A DNA stretch of 64,000 bases from Anolis carolinensis. Lineage: Eukaryota. Positions 23,941-36,000 of the stretch are shown one piece after another. The stretch spans positions 243,671,747 to 243,735,746 of the forward strand of contig NC_085842.1 of NCBI RefSeq assembly GCF_035594765.1. The letters are read 5' to 3'. The stretch's first letter is position 1, and the number at the start of each line of letters is the position of its first letter. The notes beneath the pieces are model-generated. The model ran no database searches, was not told where the DNA came from, and worked only from the letters and a program-made list of their open reading frames with translations. The position numbers and the translations under genes were made by a program.

Positions 23941-25695
23941 TAGTCTCCAAGCTACAAATAAGATGGGTTCTGCAGGTTTGTTTTTAAGTTAAATTTGTAT
24001 GTAAATTGGGAGAGGTACATTTTTAAGTGTAACTCCATATTAGCTTTGGATAGGGTAGGGAAGGTGCTTGTTTTGCTGTATGTGCCCCTGTTCAGAAGAT
24101 TTCGCCTAACTCTCTGCCCCTTATAATTGGAGGTTAAAAAATTTGTCTTGTTGTGGAAACTAGGGTTGGTGTGAAAGCTTCAGGGGAGACACCTTTTTCC
24201 CATGATAACATTTTTAGGAGTGAATTTCCTTTCCTAAGGGCAGATTACTCTCATTTCCTGTTGTCTCATCCCCATACTTTACTATAAGTAGTTTGTAAAT
24301 CAGATGTCTGTAATCCTCATTGATACATGTTTGTCAAGGATGTTGGGAGTTGCAGTTCTGCAGCATCTGGAAAGCTAAATTACTTCCATGACTGGGCTAC
24401 AGATGCCAGCTACAAGAGCAACTTTGGCCTCTGATTCTTAAGTAGTAGCCACTAGCCCTGATTCAGGACAAGAGATCAACATTTTGAATCCAGCTCCTTT
24501 GTATCTGCATGTTGCGTCACTTAAAGGTTTCTCGTTCCATTACATTCAGTCATGTGAGTAGCTGCTTATGTAATTACTGTAATTATATATATTTACCTGT
24601 AACTAGGAAGGACGAAGATGACTATGGAGAGGGTTCTCCAAATCATTGTGTGTTAAAGCCATTTTGAAAATCTTTCTCTTTATTTATTCAAAGGTACCAT
24701 CTTTGGAAAGAATTCACTCAGTCACAAATTGTTGGCAGAATAGTTTCTTCTTCTTCCCTTCTGTTAATCTCTGCACTGTTAATCTCTACAGTTGTTAACA
24801 TAATCTGGAGGCTTAGTAAGCCTCTGGATGCCGAAAGAGAAGAAACCACAGCTCAGTGAGTGAAAATATATTCTTTCAGGACTCAGGTTTGGCTTCAGAG
24901 TGGAAAAAGACACACTTTAGGGACTGGAAACCCAGGTGGCTGTTGCTTCAATAAGACTGAAACCACATTACCATAATAAAAACATTGAGTCTAAATGTAG
25001 CTCGTGCTTGTGGATATTTATATACACTTGCTTCCTGGTCTCTAGGTACCTGTTGTCCAGATCTTTTGAGATTTGATAAATCCAATCAGGAAATGCACAA
25101 AAGCAGAGCATGTGACCAGCTCAGTCTCCTCTGCTAAGGCAGTTAACTAGATTTTTTAGTTTCAGAGGTAGAAAGATTTGTTCTTTCCTTTGTAACATGT
25201 ACATAGGAAGCCTGTCACTTCCAGAGCATAGAAAGGCAGGAAGGAGGGGCAGCAGAGGCCAAAGAAAGGCAGCAACATAACATGTAAATTCAGTGATAGC
25301 AAGAACAGTAGGGCCCAGTGTTGATGTTGGTAGGATTTACAAGTCCCAAATTTATTTGAAACAACATCAAGAACATACAGTTTTCTACAAAGACTGTGGA
25401 ATCCTACAGATTTTTTTGTGGATTGTCAATATTTGTGACATGGATAGGAGACCAGGAAAACAAATATTTCTCTGTAGTCAATATCAGGGATGACAGTTGC
25501 TCCAGATGTTGCTGAACTACAGTAGCCATCATTCGCTATGTTGGCTTGGACTGTTGAAAGCTGTAGACCAACAATATCTGGAGAGCTGTGTAATTCCCAC
25601 CCTGTGCTTAAATCCAATTGTTACAGCAAAAGTGATTTTGTTTGAAGTTCACTTTTATTTCATTTCCGCACGTTAGTGCTGTAGATATTGGAATA

Positions 25696-26412
25696 TTGTA
25701 TATACTCGAGTATAAGACAAGTTTTTCAGCCCTTTTTAGGGCTGAAAGAACCCTCCTCAGCTTATACTCGAGTGAGGGTCCTGGCCAGCTTATATTCGGC
25801 TTGGCTTATACTCGAGTATATAGGTAATCAGAGTTGGAGAGTCTTATCTTATTAAAATCTTGTTATTATCTTACATTACAGTTTTATGTAAATATTAAAC
25901 GCATTAACCTACTGATGCCTCAATTACTGCAATTTTATTGGTACAGTAGAGTCTCACTTATCCAAGCTAAATGGGCTGGCAGAACCTTGGATAAGCTAAT
26001 ATTTTGGATAATAAGGAGGGATTAAGGAAAAGCCTATTAAATCTCAAATTAGGTTAGGATTTTATAAATTAAGCACTAAAACATGTTATACAACAAATTT
26101 GACAGAAAAAGTAGTTCAATACGTAGTAATGTTATGTTGTAATTATTGTATTTACGAATTTAGCACCAAAATATCATGATATATTGAAAACATTGACTAC
26201 AAAAAATGCCTTGGATAATCCAGAACGTTGGATAAGCGAGTGTTGGATAAGTGAGACTCTACTGTATCTATTTTTATTTTTGAAATTTACCAGTATCTGC
26301 TGCATTTCCCATCCTTGTCTTATACTCGAGTCAATATATTTTCCCAGTTTTTTGTGGTAAAATTAGGTGCCTCTGCTTATATTTGGGTTGGCTTATTCTC
26401 AAGTAGATACGG
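25696..26412. mobile_element. Tc1/mariner-superfamily MITE (TIR ccgtatatactcgagtataagc-like)
   Basis: Repeated tatactcgagt motifs, TA flanks; second copy from 63718. Confidence 0.8.
25944..26264. mobile_element. pogo/Tigger-like MITE nested in another MITE
   Basis: Same TIRs, TA TSD. Confidence 0.9.
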
Positions 26413-26900
26413 TAGTTCTTTTCTCAGTTCTGCTGCTAGAGTAATGCAGTGAGAGAGAACTATCAACATTTTAGAAGGAATGGAACAACTGAAAAAGAAA
26501 TGGCAGAGAGTGATGGAACTTGTTCACTTAAATCAAGTTAAAATGGCAACTAGAATTTCTTCACTCCCTCTGTGTATTCTGCATTTGCCCATATTAGATG
26601 GCTTACAAGTCTTACATTTCCAAATATACACTTTTATGAATTGTAGAATTATAGCCATAATTCAATTATAAATCTCTTTTGTTTATGAAGTTCATATAAG
26701 TCACATAACATTATATTTATCAAAACATGAGCAGGCAGAATCTATTATGAGGCCTCTGGCTGCAGATCACAAAAATGCTTTTGCTTCTGATTGTTTAATA
26801 GCATGAACAACAGCTGGTGTGCTGTTGAGCAGTTACAAATGCATCAACTAGACACGCATTTGTGACTTCTTGGTATTAATGTTTATGATTATGACACAAA

Positions 26901-27335
26901 TGTTCCCCAAACCAACCCTAATAGCCAGGGTTTGGGAGAAGGGAAGAAAGTTTTGTTGCACTCCAAGTGGGAATGTAGTCTAGTCCAACAAAGACACAGT
27001 AACTTTGCACAGTTGCAAATGGAAAAACAGAAACTTTACTCTTTTCAGCAGAGTCAAAACATAAACTTGCAGTGTTGCATCTTACAGTGTAATAAACTTA
27101 CATAGTCCTTGTAAGCATTACAAAATGCACAGAGCATTTTTCTTCTTCCAAAGGAGAGAGCAAACATGTATCCTAAAACACACACAGTTATAATCCACCA
27201 GGTGTGGTCCAAACTTACTTTTTTACCTAAATTAGCATCTGCACATCATGATCAACAATATGAGTTTTTCTTTAGCGCATACATCCTTGATGTTGGTCCT
27301 TTGAAAACCCACCTCGTTTTCAGGACACCCTAACA
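26901..27335 (-). mobile_element. Possible decayed solo LTR
   Basis: TGTT...AACA ends and minus-strand AGTAAA signal; no matching TSD found. Confidence 0.3.
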
Positions 27336-27448
27336 AGTTTAACTTTGCTCACTATTGGACTACATTAAAGTGGTATGCTACTGGATGTAGGCTATAGATA
27401 TGCATAAGAAAATGTTTTAAATAATATTATTTGTTGATTGTTGCTTTG

Positions 27449-27696
27449 TGTTGTCGAAGGCTTTCATGGCCAGAATCACAGGGTGGTTGTGTGTTTTCGG
27501 GCTGTATGGCCATGTTCCAGAAGCATTCTCTCCTGACATTTCACCCATATCTATGACAGGCATCCTCAGAGGTTGTGAGATACTGTATATATACCTCACA
27601 ACCTCTGAGGATGCCTGCTATAGATGTGGGTAAAACATCAGGAGAGAATGCTTCTGGAACATGGCCATACAGCCCAAAAACACACACAACAAGCCC
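27449..27696. mobile_element. Penelope-like termini forming a short hairpin insertion
   Basis: Two inverted terminal arms around an ~14-nt AT spacer; TSD gattgttgc(t/a)ttg at 27436 and 27697. Confidence 0.9.
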
Positions 27697-28123
27697 GATT
27701 GTTGCATTGCCACTATTGTGTGAGTTGAAGTTGTTTCTGATTTATGCCAACCCTGAGGTGAACCATCATTGGGCTTCCTTGGCAATATTTGTTCAGAGGG
27801 GAGTTGCCTTCCTCTGAGGCTGGGAGAGTGTGACCTGCTGAAGTTCACCCAGTGGGTGCCATGGTTGAGTGAAGATTCAAGCTCTAGCTTCTAGAGTCAT
27901 AGTCCAATGCTCAAACCACTACAACTTCTTTAATTGTTATTAGGCTGATTTAAAAGCTTTCTCATTCTTCCGGTTCTTCTATAGTTTTACTGGTAATCAG
28001 AAGGCAATTGAAAATATTTGGTATGGTTTTTCAGTGATGGCAATTTATCATAATGTTTGAACTGAGAACAGTGATTATACTTTGTTTATCTGAACAGAAT
28101 TGCTTTAATCTGTTCATTTAGAT

Positions 28124-28602
28124 TGCGGGTGTCAAACTCATTTTCATCGAGGGCCACATCAGCCTTATGATTGCCTTCAAAAGGTTGTTGAATCCATAGA
28201 CTGAGAATCTGTGGATACAACGGGCAAACTATATATTTTTAAATAATGGTCAATGTTCTTTAATTTTTACCAATTTGTGTACTTAGATGTTATTAGACAA
28301 CAGCTCCAGTCACTTGATGATCCACCATGCAGACTGTAGATAATGGGTTTTGGATAAGGTTAAAGGACATTTTAAAGTCAGAGAACATATCCACAAGTTT
28401 TGTATCTAAATTCAGATCCCACTATCCTCACTAAACAGACCAAACTGCAGCCTTCCAGATGTTATTGTATCACAGCTCCCATTAGTTCCAGTCATTATGT
28501 CTAATGATGAGGAATACAGGAGTTGTAGTCCAACATCTGGGGATCACATAAATAACATGGCAGGCCGGATTTGGTCTATGGGCCTTGAGTTTGACACATG
28601 TG
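28124..28602. mobile_element. Non-autonomous hAT (Charlie-like)
   Basis: gtgtcaaactca / tgagtttgacac termini; degenerate 8-bp TSD at(t/g)taga(t/c). Confidence 0.7.
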
Positions 28603-29803
28603 ATGTAGACAGACATAATTAAAAACAATACCTGAGTTCACATATAACAGTAAACTATGATTAGTCAAAAGAGAAACCAAATGCTTTTGGTCTCCTCCAT
28701 GCAGCGATGTTACAAGGGGAGAAGGAGAGTGGGAAACAACTTTCATGCTAAATTAGAGTTAGTGTTTCATACCCGTAACTGCAGAATGAACATTTCAGAT
28801 AAATAGGTTACATTAGACAACTGTGGCTTGGCATCTAGCTTGTATAGATACTTATTGTGAGTACATGAAGCTGAAATGTACAGATTAATGTTATCTACTC
28901 AGTTTCTCTTATAGGTCAGACACTCCCCTCATGCTGAACAATCGGCTTATCCTCTATAGTAGCAGAATCCATTGTATCAAATCAGAGTGTACATCAAGCA
29001 AAGGACAAGAGTGACCAAGGAGTACGGATGCCAGAGGTTCCTGTAGGACAAGGAGTAAATTTAGCCAGATAAATGGGATTACATGCTAGTACATAGGATT
29101 ATATTCAAGTACTGTAAGCTATAATCGATCAAAATCTGAGCAGTCCCAGCAGTTTTATGTAGATAGAGTATTACAAAAATAAACCTGCAGTTTAGAATCA
29201 TATTCTTAGGGTTGAGATCAGATTATTATGCCCTTTTCTCTCATCTGGAAGTTCTTCTCATACATTTTATATCTGTTGTAAAGTATATTGCATACAATAT
29301 ACTCTCTCTCTCTCTCTCTGGATTATGAATGCATACAAATGCGTGTGTGTGTCAGCATATAAATGAAGAGATGATGTCTGGAATTCTGTTGATGGGGAAA
29401 ATATAGGTTTTTTCAAGATGGAATTTAGCAAACATAAAACATAAAAAATTCCCACATTTAATATGTAAACAATGTTTGCACATTAGTGACACATGGCTAG
29501 CTATTTGCTGTCTGAAACAAATGTACATACTACCCCAAACTAGGTAAGCTACTCTGGCATCTGAGGTAGAACTTGACAATTCACTCTGTGAAAAAAAAAA
29601 CAAAAATAAATTCAGGGATTAACAGTTTGTTGTCCTCATGTGGCATTAAAAATATGATGCTTAAACCAGCTGGCTAGCTCAGCGAAATGCTAGGTCTGGC
29701 CCTGGAAGTGAGGACTGATGTGGGCATGTGCCAGACATGCATGTTCAACATATAGTGAGGTGGAGAGTGCCATGGAGCCAATATTCAACTGTAGATCTTA
29801 TTG

Positions 29804-30302
29804 CCCCATGCAAAGGATCGTTACCTTGTCGTATTGCTGGGATTTGCGCGCCTCTATTATGCCATGAGCTATACTGTAACCTATGGTTGTGAGAGCTGGA
29901 CTATAAGGAAGGCTGAGTGAAGGAAAAAAGATGCTTTTGAATTTTGGTGCTGGAGGAAAATCCTGAGAGTGCCTTGGACCGCAAGAAGATCCAACCAGTC
30001 CATCTTCCAGGAAATAATGCCCAGCTGTTCACTGGAGGGAAGGATATTGGAGGCAAAGTTGAAATATTTTGGCCACATCATGAGAAGACAGGAAAGCTTG
30101 GAAAAGATCATGATGCTGGGGAAAATTGAAGGAAAAAGGAAGAGAGGCTGACCAAGGGCGAGATAGATGGATGGTATCCTTAAAGTGACTGGCTTGACCT
30201 TGAGGGAACTGGGGGCGGCAACAGCCGACAGGGAGTTCTGGGGTGGACTGGTCCATGAGGTCACGAAGAGTTGAAAACGACTGCGCGAATGAAGAGAGAG
30301 AG
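29804..30302 (+). mobile_element. RTE/BovB LINE remnant (3' ORF end, preceded by a 5'-leader-like piece)
   Basis: From ~29882 YGCESWTIRKAE*RKKDAFEFWCWRKILRVPWTARRSNQSI...LKYFGHIMRR...LVHEVTKS = BovB C-terminus with stops; GA tail. Confidence 0.92.
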
Positions 30303-31369
30303 AAATCTGATTGACTTTTGTACATGGAATGAGAAAGGGGACATGAGTTCCACTTAAATTCCGGAGGAGACCACTCTGATTCAAGACTTCTTGAATGAAA
30401 GCAAACAACATTGTGGATTCATTACAGTCATTTAATCCTGCCAATTAGACAGAAGAGTGGATTATAACAAGTATTATGTTTCAGGTTCTAATGCAAGTCT
30501 ATGGGGCAAGCCAAACAGTGACACATGGAAACACTGTGCCTGTTGGCAAACCCATGGACTGAATACGGGCCCAAGAAAGATTTTAGACAATGTATCTGGG
30601 ATTGGGGGGATGGAACATTGTTGCATATTCTCTCTCTCTTTTTTAATGGTGTTGTGAATAATCCTGTTTGACACATGTTATCCAATGTCTTGAGCAGATC
30701 ACAAAGATTAGAGGAAACCTGCAAATTCTTCATAGGATTAACATAAATAGGAGTAAATGCCAGAAATAATTGCTGTTGTTTTTGTCATGCACTTGCCTGT
30801 CAGCATTTCTCCTCTTTTTATTGTCGGCAGATTTTTACCCCCTTTGAACACTTTAATAGAATAATATGGGTTTGGGAGTAATTTATTCTTCATCAAGTAA
30901 AAACATTATTTAATATCCTTTGGCACTAAGGATAAGCTATAGATGAAGTTCTACAGATGTTTCTGGACTTCATGTCCCCAATCTCTCACTGTCCACTATG
31001 AGAATTCTGGCCAAAGACACTTGGAGAAGACAACTAGGAAAAATGTAGCCCTCAAACCCATATCAACTCCCTGTCTGCAATGCAAAATGTTACTGGATTA
31101 GAATAATTGATTCATATAATGTTAGGTGCATCTATGCTATAACTATCATGGCTCAATGTGATGGAATCATGGGAACTGTAGTTTTACAAGGTCTGTAGCC
31201 TTTGCTGCCAAAGAGTGGTAGTACCTCACTAGAGTACAATAGCAATGAGCCATGGCAGTTAAAGTGGTGTCAAACTGCATTCATTCTACAGTACAGATGC
31301 ATCCAAATCCTTGGAGGAGACCTTGTTAGAGCTTTATGTTAAGGGTGAAATGTTCATCACTACAGGAGT

Positions 31370-31640
31370 TTTTTTTTCATGTCAGGAGCAACCTGAGTCA
31401 CTTCTGGTGTGAGAGAATTGGCCGTCTGGAAGGACGTTGCCCAGGGGACACCCAGGTGTTTTTTAAAAAAATGTTTTACCATCCTTGTGGGAGGCTTCTC
31501 TCATGTCCCTGCATGGAGCTGGAGCTGATAGAGGGAGCTCATCCCTGCTCTCCCCGGGTGGGATTTGAACCTGGCAGCCTTCAGGTCAGCAACCCAACCT
31601 TCAAGTCACAAGGCTTTAACCCACTATGCCATCGGAGTGC
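31370..31640 (-). mobile_element. AnolisSINE2-type SINE (left member of head-to-head pair)
   Basis: Poly(T) at left end, head at ~31640. Confidence 0.87.
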
Positions 31641-31643
31641 TAA

Positions 31644-31909
31644 GGAGCCACAGTGGCACAATGGGTTAAACCCTTGTTCCAGCTGGACTGCTGACTTGAA
31701 AGTTAGATTGCTGACTTGAAGGTTGCTGGTTTGAATCTGTAAAATGGGATGAGCTCCCATCTGTTAGCTCTAGCTTGCAGGGGCATGAGAGAAGCCTCCC
31801 AGTAACACATCCAGGCATCCCCTGGGCAACGTCTCTGTAGACGGCCAATTCTTTCACACCAGAAGCGACTTGCAGTATGTTCTTAATCACTTCTGATATG
31901 ATAAAAAAA
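31644..31909 (+). mobile_element. AnolisSINE2-type SINE (right member of head-to-head pair)
   Basis: ggagccacagtggcacaatgggttaaa head, poly(A) at right end. Confidence 0.87.
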
Positions 31910-32439
31910 ACTGCAGGAGTATAGCAGACTTGCACAAGGTCGACTTAAGGCAGAACACCATATAGTACCTCAATTAACCCATCTAAATGCCTACCATATT
32001 GTTTGGTACATGTGGCACAAAATCTTAGAAACACCTCTCCCTGCCTCCAACAGAAAATATGCAACAACAATTACCTAATTTGAGGGCTGTTATGACATCC
32101 TAAATCTGTTTCCTGAACCAACTTCCTCACTTTGCCTAATGGTAGAGCTGTCCCTGATCTTACAGCAAAGCAAATAAATCATATTGTTAGTCCACAAAAT
32201 GACCTTGCTTGTGTTTTTTTTTATGACATGTGCTGGTTCTTTCTTGTGTGGAATAACCAAATATTTTCTTGCCTGTTATGGCCAAGCAAGAGAGTATCTA
32301 TTCGTATTTACAATATGAATGAAGTCGTTTTTCTTAATTCTGTACAGATTTATTTAGGTCACAATTTTCCAGCCTCTGCAAAGTTTGTGTTTTTTCTTTT
32401 TGTATATGATTTCCTTTTGTTCTCCCTTTCTTATTGATT

Positions 32440-32950
32440 TTTACGATATGGTCAATGCAGCTCCCAATAAAATGGAGAAGATCATATGTTTTGTATTCTG
32501 CAGGATTTAATGCAGTATATAAAGTTTAGCGAACAAATCTTTAGCAGCCCATGACTTGATTTGAGAGACGAGTCACCTGCTACTCCATTAGTACTTGGAA
32601 GATTATAAGCCTTGGAGATTTAGCGAAGGATTAGTAAATTGGAGAGTGTACATTATCAGGCAGGCTTAGACCTTGATTGTCTCTTGACTCATTTTCATTA
32701 GTGCTTTATTCAAAGATCGCTGGAATTATGTAACCGTGACGTTTCAGAGGAATCTGTCAGGAATCTGTTTGGTTTTTTTAAAAAACGCCTTTTCCAAAAG
32801 TTATTTTTATAACCCCCCAGCTTGCAATGTGGGTTACACATTTTGAAAAACAGCACTGTAGTTCAGTCAGGTTGCCGGGGCCAGATGCTTTCCAATGCTG
32901 CATCCAGAAGCAGGTGGTAGCTTTTTTCAGCGGTGCATTGAAAGAGGCAG
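32440..32950 (+). promoter_or_regulatory. Candidate promoter/enhancer of the TJP2 long isoform
   Basis: TE-free stretch with several retained CpGs, AP-1 TGACTCA ~32685, GAGTCACCTG ~32570 and CRE-like TGACGT ~32737, directly before the MKYKKY exon. Confidence 0.45.
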
Positions 32951-32951
32951 G

Positions 32952-33064
32952 ATGAAGTACAAGAAGTACATCACCATTCTTGAAGCTGCAATTGGGATCA
33001 CCCCCCTCAATAAGAGGGAATTGTTACCTGTGGTTCGACATGCAAACCTTTGGCAGCATCCAGG
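32952..33064 (+). CDS. TJP2: TJP2 long-isoform first coding exon
   Basis: ATG 32952: MKYKKYITILEAAIGITPLNKRELLPVVRHANLWQHP(G), perfect donor GG|gtaagt (phase 2), possible acceptor cttttttcag at 32921-32930. Resembles the recalled long alternative N-terminus of paralog TJP1 (MKYQKYLTVLQMAIGVTPSNRGSLLP). Confidence 0.85.
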
Positions 33065-36000
33065 GTAAGTTACACATTTGGTAAATGAATAATTGCAAAG
33101 GCAAATATTGACTCTGCGAAACCGTGTTCAAGGGAGCTGTGGGCATTGCCTGTAAATGGGAGAAACGTTTAATTGGGAAGCTGCAGGAACTGCACGTAGT
33201 TTTCTTGGTGGTGTGTATTTGTGGTGTTCTTGGCTGGCATATGGGTGGCTGGGATAAATAGGAGGAATTGTCAGTAATAGCTTTTAAGCCTCTGTGTAAA
33301 CTTTTTAAAAACAAGGAACTTAGTAGATAAGCCCATGCAGACTTGAAGCAAGGGCAGATCAAGTGGGACTGTAACGGATTGCTCCTTGATTACTTTTTTC
33401 TGATGCTCACACATTTAATGATGTGGCTAGAATCTGGAAAGATGCTCACATTGCTGAACAAAGTAAATTGAATAGGCTTAGGGTCCTCCCTCCTCACAAA
33501 AAGCCTATTTTTTATTTCTGTGTTTGTGTTACACAGATATACAGCAAAAATGCTTCAATGTACCATTCATGTCTTTACAACCAGAGTCTCCTTCCCTTCC
33601 AGTTTCAGTGGTGGAGATGGGAATACAATGCACGTTTGTTATACACTGGCAATCTAGAATCATGTTATAAGGAATGAATGGGAAGTCTGCCTGCCATTGA
33701 AAAATATTTATGGTCACTGTGAAGATGCTGAATAATGTCTTTGACCAAATTGTTTAGATCCAACCCAGCAATAGCTGCTGTGGCCCGAGAGCCAGTGTGA
33801 CCAAAAAGCTTACTTTCTTCATTACATGTTTTCCAAGAAATGCTGTATTTCTGTGTGCTTCAGAATGACAAGCCACTGTAGCATAAATTAAACTATAAAG
33901 ATATACATGTACTCATTAAAGCAAAATCTTCATGACCTAGATGATTCAAGGCGTGGATTTTTAAAAAGTGATTTGCTGCAGAACAAGGTTATATGGAAAA
34001 CTGAAGCAAGGTGTTGTTTCTCTTCTGCGATGCTCAGTTACAGTGAAGCCATGTTGTCTGAGTGTGATTGCGAGCTTTTTATACATTTGAATTCCTATAA
34101 TTCATCTTGCTTATTGAGGCTGGGGCAAAGTGGGATATAAATAATGATAAATAATAATTTTCAGTGCTTATATTGCTTGTGTGTACATATAGCATATGTT
34201 TGTGTTCCTGTTCCTTTAGGTCTCATGTCTCCGGAGCCACAAATGTAACAGAGCTTTAGGGGTAATAAACTATCTGCAGAATTATGAGCTGGAAAGCCTA
34301 TCTCTAAGCATGGATATATAGTGCTTTGTATCATAGCCCATTATATTAAGTGCCTAAAGTGCTAGGCACTGTACAAATAAAACACATTGAAGGTGGGGAT
34401 GGACTGCAAGTGTTCCTTCTCCAATTTGGGATCCCCAAATCACAATCTGCTCCCCTTTTCTGACTTAGTTGTTAGCTGCAGCTTCACCATAGTCACCCAT
34501 GCCGTGGAAGTGTATAATTGGAAAACCTTATCTTTTTTAGTTGCAATTCAAAGCAGTGTGGATTAAGCTCTGGAATAGCTTTTGCTGCAGCAATAGCATA
34601 TACCAGCAGATTGTGGAAAACAAATCTGAAGTGGTCCATATGGCTCACACTCACAGCAGTTGCACTGCAGATACTACGGTACATTAATCTGTGTTTGATT
34701 TCTCCGCCAATGGATAAAGTTTTATTCCTTTGGTATTTTCCCAAGAGTTTTAAGCTCTTAACTTTTTCCCAATGCAGTGTTAATTTGTCAACTTAAGAAA
34801 TATCCAAATATAACTGGTCCCACGCTAATGGTCCCACGCTGAAACCATTTTGTAGAATATTAGGGAATATTGATGCAGAGGTTTCAGTATTTTTGTTGTA
34901 AATGTCAAGCAAACTGAAACTATGCTTCATTCACTGTTAGGGAAGGGCAAAGTAAAGTTAATGGAAATAATTTATTGTGTTATCAGACTCAACTAAAAAA
35001 GTGTGATACAAGTTCTTGAGCAACAATTATAATGGTTTAGATGTAAAAAAAATCTGGCTTTATATGGATTTTTGTCTATCCATAGGATGGTAGTAATGTT
35101 AGAATTAGACAGGATTTTTGGGAGCATTTTGCAGCTCAATCTTGGTTTATGTAACTTACATGGTAGGGAATCCAGTGGGTGACTTGCTCTCCTTCAGTTA
35201 TTGTCTCCAGATTTGGGGAATGAAATTCTTTTGACAAGAATGATGAAATTTGTGATATTCTTATCTGACAACTTTCTGATTTCCAGTCTCTTATGATTTC
35301 AACATGACTTCTCCCTGATTTGTTTCTCTCTCATGCTTTACTGAATACCCTTCGCAGCATTGAATTTATTCTATTGCACCAATACTGACTTGTCCATGTT
35401 TGTCTGTGCATCTTTTTTGCCCCATTCATCATTAAAAACAACACAAACAGCTTCTCTATTTTAAAAAACTGTGGTACCGTCTGGAGGTTCTGCATCTTCA
35501 TAGTATGTCAAGATTTTAATATTTCTGCTTAATTTTAAGAAGAAAGAATCATATGATGTTAAAGATGTTAATCATGTGCAGAGAGTCCTTCTGTTATGCC
35601 AGCAGTTGCAATGTTTAGCTAGCTACAGAGAGATACAGGAAACAGTTCTTGAATACTCGCTCACATTTTCTGTCACTCCTGTTTGTTTCTGCTCTTAATT
35701 TTTTTTTTTGCAATATTTACAGAAAACTAATTTTCCTTTTTACTGCCTATCAACCTGCTGTCACTTGGTATCTCCTGGGCCTTCCTGCTTAGCCCACTTG
35801 GGAGGACAGTGATTTGTCACATTTCCATCACTGGACTCAAGAGGAGATTGAAATCCACTGCTGGACTCCACACCAAGCCTGGAGGCTTGACAATCATAAT
35901 TAAATTCCCAGTTGCACCATTGCAAACCAGGAGTGAGGAATGTGTGGCCCTCTCTTGTTGTTCAAACGTCACAACTCCCATCAGCCCTCTTGAGTATACT

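Noticed and set aside
29881-30444. 187-aa minus-strand ORF
   Set aside because: Antisense of the BovB remnant.
34220-34261. 42-nt possible middle exon of the TJP2 long isoform
   Set aside because: In-frame TAG (SHVSGATNVTEL*) and weak donor; not needed for phase.
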